Positions 11,831-25,200 of a stretch of 64,000 nucleotides of DNA are shown here, in pieces. This stretch comes from Camelus dromedarius (Eukaryota): NCBI RefSeq assembly GCF_036321535.1, contig NC_087436.1, positions 92,444,001-92,508,000 of the forward strand, written 5' to 3'. Numbering within the stretch: the stretch's first letter is position 1; each line of letters starts with the position of its first letter. The notes under the pieces were generated by a model. It was not told the DNA's origin. It worked only from the letters and a program-made list of their open reading frames with translations, and did no database searches. Position numbers and translations under genes: made by a program.

Positions 11831-14800
11831 CCACTCTTGGCCCTGTGGCTAATTACTTGGGGCTTGATGACAGCCAGGCTGCCAGGGTCCAGGAGAAACA
11901 GATACCAACAAAAGGCAAGGGAGTACAGGCGGAAAACAAGGCAGGGAGGAATCCAAAGGATGGATTCTAAAATGCAAATGCCAGGAAGGAAGAGACTCAT
12001 GGCTGCAACCCTCCATCTTTCCCAGAACTACTTGATCCGTGTACATTTGTGAGTGAATGGAGACAAGCTCACATGTGCTCTTGGAAAGGGGCCAGTCCCA
12101 GGTGTGAGTCTGGGGCTCACAGGTGGAAACAGGAAGCAGGTCCACCTGGCAGGAGTGCCTCAGGACTGAGGCTGAGACCCAGTCATAGAAACAGAATATT
12201 CCTGAAAACAGAGACAAATGTTTCAAAACCTGATGATTTGCATAAAATGCTTTCTTTGAATCTCGGTTTCACTTCCCACTCACTGCCTTGGGGTGTGTAT
12301 TGATTCTTGGTGTTCTGTTCTTACCATCCTAGCTCAGCTGTACCCCGATTTGACCTTACATAATTTACTCAGCCTCCCCGAAGCTATGAACTGAACGAAT
12401 CGATGTGAAGCCCTTAGCAGTATCTGGTATTTCTCAGCTAAGGAAATACTTCTTCATCTTCCTAGTCACAATCTTATTTCATGTTGAAATAAAGGTTACC
12501 AAATGTTACTAGTATTTATCCATATTCACTCCAGTGACAAAACTTTATTTACCAGCATTATTTCTTTCATTTGTCTTTAAAGAAACTTCTGCCAAATAGT
12601 CCATGTTGTAATCTGGAGCCCAGTTGGCATGACTTTGATTATTATGCTTTTTCTCATTTAGGAATACATCACAAACTTTTTAAAAATACGAAATAATCTG
12701 AGTCCAGACAAAATATTTGCTAATACACAGATATGTTATTTTGAGGTTCTGTTATTTAGCATGTACATGTATTGAGAAAAAACAATTTCTAAATCTGTCA
12801 CAATTCATTTTACCATGCAGGTTTTGAATACTCTACAGGAAGCTTTTTATCTTCACTAGGGTAGAAATTTTATATATATCCCTTTTTTAAAAGCTCTACA
12901 TACATTATGAATATCTAAAAGAGAAAAAAAGATTATTGAGGGCTTTAGTAGGTAAATATTATTCCATGATTTTTCAGTGATAACTAAATCTATATTATGT
13001 CAAAGAGCCATCAGCTGAAACCTTTATAACTTTTGGCACAGTGACATTTTGAAAGTAAAATTAGTGTTGGAAGTTTTTTTTTTTTTTCTTTTAATTCCAT
13101 AAATGCCATGGGAATTTTATCCCGTTTCAACACTTGCTGACTATGTAATTCCCACAGTGGCCATTAGTGGCCATCTGTGTAAGGTAATACATGTTTGGGA
13201 TGAAATTGATTACAGCCTGAACACTCTCGTGTTATGATCAGGAAAAGCACGCAAAGTTCAAATCTTTTTTCCTAACGACCATTATGTAGCTAAAGATATT
13301 AATTTCCAGAGGCAGAACAGCCTATCACTCAAGATCTAATCTCACAATAAATGACACCAGGGCCAGAGGAAAGGAGGCTGGGGAGCCTTGCACTAAAATT
13401 AGTAAGTGCTGTGCTGGAGGAGCTCCTGGGATAAAGGGGAAATTAACAGGCTTGCAAACACACCTTTTTCTTTCGTAGACATCAAAGCAGACCCACTGCA
13501 ATTTTGCCAAATATTCGGAAACATTTCACTACCGTTTTTAGAAATTCCTGTTATCCTAGTCACCAACACACTCCAAGTTAACCTCCTTGTAACTTTTCTC
13601 AGCCTACACATTGCTGGCCCTGCCTCGTTGGTATTTTATATTGTTTATGCCCAGTTTAGAAAACGTTTCCTTTTTACCTGTGCAAAACCAGGTGCTTCCC
13701 TTCTTTCAAATATGCTTTCAGTGTGATCTCCCCAGTGCAGTCATTTTATTTTTATTAGATTTCTGCAGGGTAGTGTATACCCGCATGCTTCCCCAGCACA
13801 TTCATCCCCAAAGAGTGGAACTAGAACATATACCAATATATTTGTTTATCCGTTTTTAATTAATGTATTCATAACTTGGCTCTCATATTATCTGGTTACC
13901 CTAGGGTTTTGTGAAACGTAATTACAAAAAAATAACTTTTTGGTTTAAAAACTTTGAGAGCTTGGATGACTGAACTACCCTCATGGTCATTTAAAATCTT
14001 ATTGTGCCTTCTGTAGAGTAGCTAACAGTTGAACACAGCTATATCCTGACCTTCCCCGGGACGTCGGGCAGAGTGATTTAGCTGCTGATGTCCTGAGAGG
14101 AGCTGGAAGGACTGGTAGCAGCAGCGTGGCCTCAGCCTGAGACGCAGCAGTTGTGATGCTGGCACCGCTGATGCTGAGCTGCTCTTCCTTCTCATTCTTG
14201 AGCTTCTTGATGATGATCATTCATCGGGTTTTGATAGATTTCAAATCTGCTTCCCATTAAAGAGAATAAAATAACGCCATCTTTTTAAAGAAGGAAATTT
14301 GCCCTCCTGTCTTATATACTAAGAAGTCATGCACCAAGCGTATCTAATAGCTATAGAAGTTATTTGAATATACTGAAGAGAAAGTGGTCTAGAATACTTT
14401 ATAGCATTTGGATTTTTTTTCTTTTTTTTTTTTTTTTGGTCATTCACCCACTCAGCAAATATACCCAACGCTGACTGTCAGTATTCTGGAGACACAATAT
14501 AAAGGTGAACAAGATATGGTCCCAACTTTATTTTTTTCCCAACTTAAAATTGCACTGTATTTATAGGTGGTCAGAGACCAGAGACTTCTCAGAGCCCTAA
14601 CTTAGCCTCACCCCAGAATCTGATGTGGTGCATCTCGTCTCACAGGGCCTTCCTTGCATCAGCACTTAGTGCCAAGGCCAGCATTCTTACAAGAACTATG
14701 CTCCAGTCTGGGGCCCTTCACCGCCCCCCAGGCCAAATAGGGACATAAGTCTACATCCAGAACAGGAGCTGCATTTGTTCCTTCGTCCTCCTACTCATTA

Positions 14801-15377
14801 CTTAAGTAGAGAGGTACTTACATAGAGAAGTCAGCACTAGCCCTTGATACACTGTTGCCAACTGAATTTACTTCAGCCAACAGAGACTGGGAGTTGAGCA
14901 CGGTACTGGGCACCATCAGGGACAGAGAGGGACACACGGCACGGGCAGTACAGAGGATCCTGGCCCAAGCCCTGCCCTTCCATGATCTACCAAGTTATGT
15001 CACTGTGACAAATCATTGCTCCTTTCTGGGCTTCTGTCTCCTCGTTTGTGAAACAAGGAGCCTGGAGATATGGTCCCTACTTTGGGACAAAAGCTACCAG
15101 AGTCATACATTTAAACATCCAATCTTAATATGATAAATTAAGATGTGTAAAGATGAGCAAAGTTCTGTCAGAACACAGCAGAGGGGAAAACTTCAAAGAA
15201 GTGGTAGCTTTTGAGTTTGGACATACAGGACGAGCCAGGCTTTCCATTCAGGGCAATAGGGGGGCTGCGTATGTGTCTCTGTGCAGGCACCTGCACATGT
15301 AAAACACTTGCTGCAGGTACGCGCAAGCACTGATGCACACGCATGCCCGCCTCTATGTGAGCCTTGTGCCAGAGGCT

Positions 15378-15827
15378 GTGGGCTGGCCAGTTAATACCTA
15401 TTCCCATCCCCGTCCCAACTTGCCACCTCCACGAGGGAGGCTGGACAAGATAAACACCGATAGTTAGGGATGGATGGCCGTGTAACACCATCTGGCCAGT
15501 TGCAGTGTTTGGAAATATGCTTTTGGAAACCCTTTTGCTTTTCAAGTAAGAGATGGATACAGTTGGTTTTACCCCCTTATTCTCTTAAGTGTGGCTGTTA
15601 TCATTATTGCTGCAACAGCCACCTTGAGACATTGAGAGAGGTCTGGAGAATGAGTTGAAATATGGTCAAGCCAACAATCTTATACCCACAACTACCCACT
15701 TCAGTACTAATTATATACAAAATATGGAATTTATTTAATTAATAAATATTCTTTAAATAATTTATTTAAGGCAGCTTTAGTCTGATTTTTCTACTATTTA
15801 TAGCCAAAAACATTCCTAAGTAATACA
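15378..15827 (+). mobile_element. Old ERVL/MaLR-type LTR remnant (LTR16/MLT1-like)
   Basis: 3' end tttaaggcagctttagtctgattttt...agccaaaaacattcctaagtaataca and internal gcaacagccaccttgagac resemble this LTR class. Confidence 0.5.
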
Positions 15828-16800
15828 CATTAACTATTCACACTCACTCTTACACGTTTGTGTATATATTTAACTTTATCTTCCATGCCCACCAAGACTT
15901 GGGACTGTTTTTAGACTTGCATTTTGGTGAAAAGTAAATAAGACTTAATATTAGAGAACAAATAGAAAGTGGAATGATTTCTTTGTTGCTTTCTTTGTTA
16001 TTACAAAGCCAAACACTAATCACAGCATTTATTTCCCTTTTATCTATTCTGTCCTTGTCTGATATTTTAAACAAAAATGAAGTTGAGAAAGGAGAAAATG
16101 GTTGAGAAGAATAACACCGGAAGTAGAACACACTGGAGGTTAAGTTATGGGGAAACAGGCTAAGACTGAGAATCAGTTGGTTGTGGCTTGCAGAACACGG
16201 TCGGGAAGGGTACCCAGCGAGTGATAATGCCTGGTAACAGGCTGGAAAGAAAGATTTCAATCCATCACTGGTCCTTCGTTGCACATTCTTCTGTATTTAA
16301 GACCAAAAACACCGTTACCTGTTTCCATTTGGCAAACCAGGTTTCCCTAACAGCCAAGAGATTGTTCTCTTTATTTACCTTCGTTTAGGAAGATGAGAGC
16401 AAGAAGCCATTCTTCTTTGTGAGAGATTAGAACAGCTTTCCACAGAATGTTTTGGTTGTGTTTGGTCTTGTATGAAAAATACCGTCTAATGAGCAAGAGG
16501 TCTTTAATAGACTCTGACCTCCTACTAACTAACATGGAACCATGTGAAAAACACAGCCTGTTCTTTCTTACAGCGACTAATGCTTTTATTGCTCCTGTCC
16601 TCATTCTTTCTGATTGTATATTGTGTCTACATTTCCTGCTGTGGCATCGGATTACAAGTTAATAGTGTCAGCATATAACCTTACTCTTTTTTGAGCAGGG
16701 CAACTAGATTGCTTCTTCACTGCGGTGATCTTCCATAGTTTTTGTTTTTCTTTGTTCTTAGCCTCTGCCTACTTCTTTTTAACTGCTTTTGATTTCCCCC

Positions 16801-16803
<3 letters not shown>

Positions 16804-16831
<28 letters not shown>
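16804..16831. repeat. (TG)14 microsatellite
   Basis: Read directly. Confidence 0.97.
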
Positions 16832-17106
16832 AGTGTTTGTGTTTAGAATCAGTTCCTTACCTCGGGGAGAGGAGTAAGGCAAGACAGGTAATTCAGGGAG
16901 CCTCAGTCTCCTGCCGAAAGTACTGCATGAAAGTCAAGGGTCCTTTAGAGAGACAACTCAATGGGAGAGATGGAATTTACACTAAATCCATGAATTATCA
17001 CTTAGTCTCAGATTTTAAAACATGTACACGCTTCAATTTTTTGTTCTGAAAGAATCTAAACTGTTTTTATTTTTTCTTCTCAAAATTTTTCACTCTTTTT
17101 CTCCAG

Positions 17107-17245
17107 AATCTTCAGCTACTTGGAGCTACAGCCATTGAGGATAAATTACAAGATCAAGTGCCTGAAACCATAGAAACTCTAATGAAAGCCGACATCAAAA
17201 TCTGGATCCTTACGGGAGACAAGCAGGAAACGGCCATTAACATTG
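17107..17245 (+). CDS. ATP8A1: ATP8A1 coding exon (window exon 3; [47 protein letters not shown])
   Basis: Acceptor ctctttttctccag and donor G|gtaact. 139 nt, phase 0 to 1. Contains the P-type motifs [10 protein letters not shown] and TGDKQETA. Not listed in the ORF track. Confidence 0.97.
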
Positions 17246-17687
17246 GTAACTCATCCAACTTACACTTTAAATGGTGCTTTCTAACCTGTTGATATATTTT
17301 AGAAGATAGATTTGAAATATTTCAAGATTTGAAAGATGTGTTACTCTGAGATCTCCGTATTTGTGGTGTCATTGGGCTTCTCTGTCTACTTGTGGCCCCG
17401 ATGGCCCTTTAAAGTTGCAGCGACTGTATTTGCAGCCAGACTTCAGCTCTTGCAGCCCATAATGCCCTCCCTCACCTTTGTGTGTCTGCCTGCTCCCGCC
17501 TTCCATCCGTGATTGTCACAGGCAGATAACCTTTCTGCAGTTGTCTGGGAAAGTCTGGAGACCGGGGTTATGGCAGGCTTGTACACTGACATTTGTTTAT
17601 GTGAAAGGTTATTTCTGAGATAGGAAGTAAGATTTTTGCCAGTTTTCATCCATCCTACAGTTAATTCCAGTTTTGCAGAAAGAGGTG

Positions 17688-18066
17688 GTATGAGTCAACG
17701 TGGGCTGCCGTAACAGAGCACCACAGATTAGACGGCTTACATGACAGCAAGTAATTTTCTCACAGTCCTGGAGGCTGGAAGTTCAAATCAAGATGTCAGC
17801 AGATTGGTTTCTCCTGAGGCCACTCTTCCAAGCTTGCAGGTGGCCGCCTGTGTCCTCGCCTGGCCTTTCCTCTGTGAATACTCTCAGAGCATCCAGTGTC
17901 TCTTCCTCTTCTTAGAAGGACACTAGTCCTGCTGTATCAGGGCCACCCTTGGGACCGCCTTTAACTTTGGTGAACTCCTTAAAGGCCTTGTCTCTAAATC
18001 CCTTCATGTTGGGGGCGGGGCTTCAACACATGAATGAGGAAATAGGGACACAGTTCGGTCTATACC
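17688..18066 (-). mobile_element. MLT1A-like MaLR solo LTR
   Basis: gggctgccgtaacagagcaccacaga...tctcacagtcctggaggctggaagttc...gcttcaacacatgaat...gacacagttcggtc, the typical antisense MLT1A pattern. Confidence 0.88.
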
Positions 18067-18796
18067 CGACGAGAAAGTTAATATTTGCTGTTGGAGGCCT
18101 GAAGTACCAATAATATGCTGGAAAAATACCACCTTTTTTCCCCCTCCAAGTTCAGTAATAATATGTTGCCTGAGCACCATGAATCCATTATCCAGAGGAT
18201 AATGGATAATACTGATGATATGAATTACATACAAAACTCTCCCCAAATGGAAGAAACCATTTCAGGGGTATTCACAACATAAACCACATTTTTAGAAGGT
18301 CATTAAGTGTCATTTATCTAAAACACATTAAACTAATATTCCTTTTAGGAATGTAAGTAATCACAGTATTCTGTGGTAAATACTGTATTTATAAATACAG
18401 TATTTGTATTAAATAGTAAAATACTCTAAATTGATAGTAAATTGAGGAAAATTGATTTTTAAAAGAAAGCTAAGTAGTAGAAGTTTAAGTCTACAGGCCA
18501 CACAAGTTGTTAATTTGGATTATAAAAATCATCACTGGTGTTAGAGGCAACATGGAAGGAAGATGTACAGGATGAAGAATTGTTTAGATACAGGAGACCT
18601 GGGGACACAGATATGACCCAGCAGCATGACTGCAGGTGGAGGGAGAAGGTATGTGGGAAAGTAAACCACCCTCCAGGTAGGTCCAGACTTGTAGCCATGA
18701 TGAAAGTTCCCATGAAAAGGACAGGATGGTGGTGGTTTCTGGCAATATGCAACTTTTAGATTCTTGGGCCATAATTGTTCCTAGAGGAGGGAAGGT

Positions 18797-19930
18797 GAAT
18801 TCATTCATTCATTCAGCAAACTGATGGTGTGTATGGTGCCAGGTGTCAGTTAAAAACAAGGAACAAAACATATTGGAGTCTCTGCCCTCGTGGAGCTAAG
18901 ATCCTAGTCAGGGAAACGGACGGTAAAAGTGAATGAGAAAAACACAGAGTATCTTCGATGGCAATAACAGCTCTAAAGAAAAAGAAAGCAGGCAAGGGGA
19001 AATAGGGCGTGGCACAGAGGGGTTCAGTTCTACAGCGGGAGGTCAGGAAGAACCACCTGAGAGGGGAGGGGGCCTTGTCCATCAGATGATTAGGGAAAGC
19101 TGTCTTCTGTCCTAGAGAAAAAAGCAGAAATGCACAGGGCGAGGGTGGGAGGAGAGATCAGCTGCGTAACAGAGCCCAGGTTGGATGGGGCCTCCCAGAC
19201 CTGTGCAGACTCGGTGTTTACTCTAAGTGAGGTGGGAAACCACTGGATGGTATTGAACTAAGCAGAAGAAAAACTTGATCTGACTTTCCTGTTTAAAAAA
19301 AAAAAAAGCAAAAAAACTGTATGAATCTGGCTGCTAGACTGAGAGTGGACTCAAAGGGAAGCAAGTGTTGAAGCAGGAAGGCCAGAGGCTATTCTGTGAA
19401 TCCAGGTGAGATGTGGTGGTGGCTTGGACCTGGTGTTAACAGTAGAAGTAAGAATTGGTTGGGTTCTGCATGTATTTTGAGGATAGAGCCAACAGGATTG
19501 ATTGATTGATAGACTAAATGTTGGGTATGAGAGACAGAAAGGAATCAAGGGCAGCTTCAAAGTCTTTTAGCCTCAGCCACTGAAGGATGGAGTTGCCATT
19601 AACCAAAATGAGGAAGACTAGAGGAGGAGCGGGGTTTCTAGGGGGAGGGCAGGAGCCTGGTTTCAGATGTGTTACGTCTGAGATGCCTATTTTATACCTG
19701 AGTGTCTGTTGTTAAGTGGATGCTGGCATGTGAGTCTAGAGTTGAGGAAGGAGGTCTGAATAGGAGAGATGAGTACTAGAACGGTCAGCATTTCGATGGT
19801 ATTTAAAAGCATGGGAAGGAATGAGATCACAAAGGGAGTGAGTGTAGATGGTATTGTTTTAAATGTGAGATGGGCCAGCGGGGTTGCCTGGTTTTCTACA
19901 GCCACGTTCAGCTCTAGGTGGACAGGTGCA
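18797..19930 (-). mobile_element. L2 LINE (about 1.1 kb, 3' part)
   Basis: Begins with an (cattc)n tail, then tctgccctcgtggagct, atccaggtgagatgtggtggtggcttggac, ggagttgccattaac, gatggtatttaaaagcatgg. All are antisense L2 phrases. Confidence 0.85.
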
Positions 19931-20492
19931 GAGTAGGCAGAGTTGGTTTAATCAGCAAGTGGTTTTGCTCTTCAGCAAGTGCAGCAAAGCAGGAGAGGGC
20001 AGGAGAGAAGAGGTTGTCATAAAAGTCCAAGGGCAGGGAGATAGGGGTGGGATCGGTGGTCCAAGAGATGACCAGACAACCGCCCTGCCCCCTTCTCCCA
20101 AAACCACCACTGGCCCGTCTTCTGCTCTTCATGTTGGTCATCAGGAGGGATATTCCATCCGCATTTATCAGTTTTCAGGACATTGAGAATCATTACCCAT
20201 CTCTTTCCATACTGGTTTATCAAGACAGTCTTAGAAAGGCAGGTGAGGTCCTTGTATCTTATCCCTCTTACAACCAGCAAGAGCATTTCTTTTCTAAACT
20301 TCCTGCAAACCAGGAAAACAGCTGACTGCCATCACTCCTTAAAAAAAAAATAAATAAAATAAAATTTTAATTTTATCAAATAAAATGGGTAAAATTAAAT
20401 AAAATTTAGACTTTTTAGTAATATCACTTTAACCTTTTCACCTCTTCTCTCTAGAGAAATTAATTATGTCAATTTACTCTGTTTGGACATAG

Positions 20493-20557
20493 GACATTCC
20501 TGCAAACTTTTGAGGAAGAACATGGGAATGATTGTTATAAATGAAGGCTCTCTTGAT
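20493..20557 (+). CDS. ATP8A1: ATP8A1 coding exon (window exon 4; G-HSCKLLRKNMGMIVINEGSLD)
   Basis: Acceptor gtttggacatag and donor GAT|gtaagt. 65 nt, phase 1 to 0. Continues INIG-HSCKLL in frame. Confidence 0.95.
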
Positions 20558-20988
20558 GTAAGTAAGATGGTCTTTTACTAAAAAAATTTAAGATCTTTGA
20601 TAACTTAATTATCTTATAGTATTTTATTTTATATTCAGATAGCCGTGGAGTATTTTTTTTTCCTGAAGTTAAAAATATCTTATTACTATTGTTCTGCTGG
20701 AACATAATCTGTACTATTTTGAACCCTTAATGTAAATAGATTTTAGCTTTGTATCTGTGACAGCTCAAAGAAATTGCTACATGATTTGCTTAATGTTGTG
20801 AAACAGAAAAGCTGCTTTACAAAAGCATTATGTCAGGAGGTTACTGAGTGACTGCAACTTATTTGTATCTACCTGAGCATTTTGTATAATAAGCATTTAA
20901 TAACTGCATTAGCTTTCAGTGTTAATATTTTGCTTCTTTAAAAAAAAATGTTTAAACTATTGAGTGACACCATGTAACCAATAGTAGA

Positions 20989-20989
20989 G

Positions 20990-21033
<44 letters not shown>
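20989..21033. repeat. (GTT)15 microsatellite
   Basis: Read directly. Confidence 0.97.
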
Positions 21034-21034
<1 letters not shown>

Positions 21035-21914
21035 TAATGTCCTAACTTTTGGGCTGAAATATAAATTCCTAGGATGTCTTTTTTTCATGACTGTGATCAC
21101 ATGATACTATATCTGGGAAAGGGGGAAAGATTTGTTAGGAGTTAACCAAAAAAATGTAGATCAAATGACCTGCAAATATTCTAAAGGAAGGGTGACTATG
21201 TGTAATTTAAGGTGGAAGACAGAACCGGAGAGGTGATGATACAGCTGCTTGAAATAGTCATTGTGACGCAAAGAGCAGCCCAGAGAAAACCTGATAATTA
21301 GAGATGTTGGAGAAGCCGAGAGGCCAGCTCTGTGGAAGGCGTGATGCAGAGGCCAGTGTTCAGAAGTTGGATATAAGATGGGAATTAAGTGTGAGAAGTA
21401 TTTGGCTTCTGATTTTCAAATTGGAATGATGATTTCTTCACTATTTGTCCTTAAAGCAATCCATGTGATATTCTTCCCTTTCTTGTGACATCTTTGAGCA
21501 CCTTGTAGTCTGAAGAGTCATGTATGCTTTTGCAATCATGAGGGTTGTTTATATCTTTCATTATTGGAGAAGTGCTTTTTGTGAACCAAGCTTTAATCCT
21601 AAAAACAAAAACAAACAAACAAAAAAGCCAGCCTTCCAAATGCTTAAAAATAATAAGGGAAGTAAAATGTATTCAAGTATCAGTACAAAATAGCTATGTA
21701 AATAAGGTAGGTAGCATGCTATGAACGTATCGTGACGTTTAAGGAACTATATGCAACTGTGAAAATATCCTAAAGTTAAGGAACTATGCACAAAGTAAGT
21801 GGCATTTAGTTACATAGAGGTGAGTAAGGGAAACAGGCAGAAAGTTACTGCAAGTAAGTGCAAGGCATATTGGGGGCATGAAAGAGGAACATTAAAACTA
21901 AACACAAGGTTATA

Positions 21915-22280
21915 ATTTTTAAGTGTGTTTTGTTTGGATGCATATAGGCACAGAATGTAAAATTTTAAAGTCACAAAAAGGGAACGCATAGGTGGTAAAA
22001 AGTGACTCTCCCGCCTCCTGTATACCCAAGCTACCAGTTTCCCTCTCTAGGGACAGCCACTGGTTCCAGTCTTGTGTGTGCATCCATAGATATTCTGCCA
22101 TATCTGAGGGGTACGTGTGCATGTCTGTGGACACGTTCTTTGTTGTTAAACAGAAATTACAGCATGCTGTCCACACTGCTTTATACTGTACTGTGCTTTT
22201 CTGACTTACTATATCTTAGCCATTGTTTTGTAATGGTATATATGAAGCTACATAATTCATTTTAATGGTGGCACAGTATT
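21915..22280 (-). mobile_element. Old L1 (L1ME/L1MC-like) 3' UTR fragment
   Basis: ccagtttccctctctagggacagccactg..ccagtcttgtgtgtgcatcc..agatattct...tttttaatggtggcacagtatt resembles an antisense L1ME 3' end. Confidence 0.6.
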
Positions 22281-25200
22281 TATAAGGCACCAGTAAAGAA
22301 ATGACAGAGGGGGTTAACACTGGAAAGGTGACTCAGGTCAACTGTGGAGAAAGCTGGGTCAGGTTTAAGAATTTGCCTCCATAGGCCAGGGGAGCAAGAG
22401 ATGTGAAGCATAGAAGCCGTTGTCCATAGGCAAGTTGGAGGGGTGGGGAGGCATGGGGTGCAGGCACGAGACAAGGATAAGAGTTAGGATGGAGGAAATG
22501 GGGGCACCAGTGCCAGCGATGTGGTGTGACATTCAGGGAGACCGATCCCAGGGGTCCCTGGAGAAGGAGCCATCAGAGGGGGTTCCAGAGCTGGGTTCCA
22601 GTTGCTCACCATGTTGCAGAAACCTTAGCGTTGTGAGCATCTGCATAACCTCTGCAGCCCATTAGGCCCTTGTCAGCGTCCTGGGTACAGGTGGTGCACG
22701 GGTGCCTGACACTCGAGGGAAATCAGAAGTGGGGCCAGTGACGCTGAGGCACAAGCACGGCAAGTCGCGCGTGATTTGACGTGGTATCCTTCCATCGGGA
22801 TCCAGGCTTCCACCTCGTGTAGGCTGTGCTGGCATCGCTTCTTTTGTTTTCATCTGTTTCATCGTTTCTCTCCCACTCTTGGATAAACACATTTCTTGAA
22901 GTGTTTCAAGTATCAAGTGATGTAAATAGTAATGTATCAAGTAAAAAGAGAAAACCGAAATGCTGGGGATGTTCTATGTAGTGAATCATGTGTTGTTAAG
23001 ACAGCAGCATTTATGTTCATTTTGAAGTTTCCAAGATGGTAACTCAGAAGCAATAAACACCTCAAGGATACTTGCTCTATTACCTGTTTCTACAGGAGCA
23101 AACACAGAGTCTCAAGGGAATAGTTTCAGTGCACGCAGGGACCCCGTCTGACTGTTGTGATTTGCCATTCTCTCTCACTCCCACATAGGTAGTACTCCGT
23201 AAATGCTTGAGGAGTGAGGCACTGAATAATTTTTAATTAAGAGTTTCCTTTTAAAAAAAAAAGTTGTATGTAGGTTTAAATTTGGCAGTAGTCAATCACA
23301 TCTGATGAAAAGCAAAGTGATTAGACATGTCCTTAGCAATTCAGTCGCCGGTTGGGTGTGGAAGGTCACAGGCAGCGCCTGGGGCTGAATGCATTAACAC
23401 TGATTCATCCAGCTCCGGACTGCCACAGGTTGTCTCGCTGTCTGCAGAAGGTTTTCTCCCAGGGAGTTAAGTGGTGACTTTACAGCTCTGGCCACCTGGG
23501 GTCGGACCTGCTGTGGGGAACTCATTTGCTGCCCCCCAGGGAAGGAAACATCACGTTGCATCATAGTTCCTTCAGATCTTGTGTCCTGCAACCCAAGCCT
23601 GAGATTTCAGGCAAATCATTAGAATGACTGTGGGTAAATCTTTTTTTTTTTCATTGCCATGGAAAAGAGGAGCATCCTATGTGTTTACATTGTACTGATA
23701 ATAATTAAAAATGGGATTACCCTTCCATCAGCACAGAGAGTCATTAACATTTAGGTAATAAACTTAGGTACATAATGTCTTAGGGAGTAATATAATAGGA
23801 AATAAATTGTGGGTGTGTAAATTATTGTCAAGTGACAATTTTAATGAATGTGTACTCAGATTACTTGTGTGATAGCATAGTGGTTAAGGGCACAGTTCGG
23901 CTCTACCTGGATGAGCAAACTGAAATGAGAAGACTTCTCTGAGCCACGTTTGCTGCCTGTAAAGTGAGGCTAATGTTCCCTCTTGACATTGGTATGGTTA
24001 GCCAGGGCATGGCACGTATAAAATGGAGATGTTGCGTGATTTTGTAGGAAAATGGTCTATGTAGAGGTTTCACTCTGCAATTGTAATTCAGAAATCCGAC
24101 GGGCCTTTCTGCCTCCGGCTGTTCCCAACTTCTTTCATAGCGCGAGCAGCCTCCCCTGCCCACTGATGCCTGAGAGCAATGCAGGGTGTCCTCACCCAGT
24201 TACCTGCCCAGCCATTGCCAGGTGTGGACAGTGTCCACAAAGGAGTTTCTTAAAAAGCTTGATCATATTTTTTTTCATTTAGAAAGTAAGACTTTCTTGG
24301 ATAAGCATCTTTAAGAGTCATCTAGACCTGATCAAAATCTATTAGGTATTTGTAATAAGTAGATAATTTAGGTAACTTGTATAATTTTTTATCGTGCTAC
24401 TTTGAACCTCTTTAATAGGGGTCCTAATTATGTTCTTGATATGAGACATTTCCTTAAGGGTCTGCAAAGGCTGGGATTTCAGATTCCTGGAGACTGAAGA
24501 ATAGTTTGTACTTCTTCCCTAATGCTACAGCAGTGCCCAGGAAATACCTCAGAAACCCCTTCCACTGAATAACCTAGATCCAGATTCTTCCAGCATCTCT
24601 TTTATATCTTCAGTTGGCCATGCAATTATTTGTTCAAAATATGTCTGTTAAACTGCAAACATCTAAACCTGTGGGCTAAGAACTAGGGAACCTCTTGCGT
24701 GGCCTATCTTTAGCTCCCAGTGTCTAATTCACGTCTTTCACAATGCAGTAAAACAATTCTGGAAGGATTGGGTTTACGTTATACGAAGGAGTGTGATGGT
24801 TCTATTATTAAATCCTCCATAGTGTACCAACTCTGAGAATCTCTGGAAATACTTTCAGGTGACCCAGATTATTTTTTTTTAATAGATATGGTCTACCTTT
24901 ATTCTAAAAAGGAAGAATAAAATTGAAGGCATGTTTCATTGAGGTAGCTTAGGATTTTACCACCCTCATCTGTCAAGTCTAGGGTGGGAGGGAGGAACCA
25001 TAATTTCTTATGCTGTTAACTCTGTAGGTGCCAGAATGATCTTTCTCTAGTCTCACATGATACACTCTTCACCTTGGTCTCTCCTCGTGTTGCTTTTCTG
25101 TGGAGAGTTATGGGGTCTGTCCTAGGAGGTACGGCTGGATCTATGCTTTGTTCTTCTTGTTTTTCTCTCCTCTTTTCTACTCTCTGGCTTCCCTAGGAAA

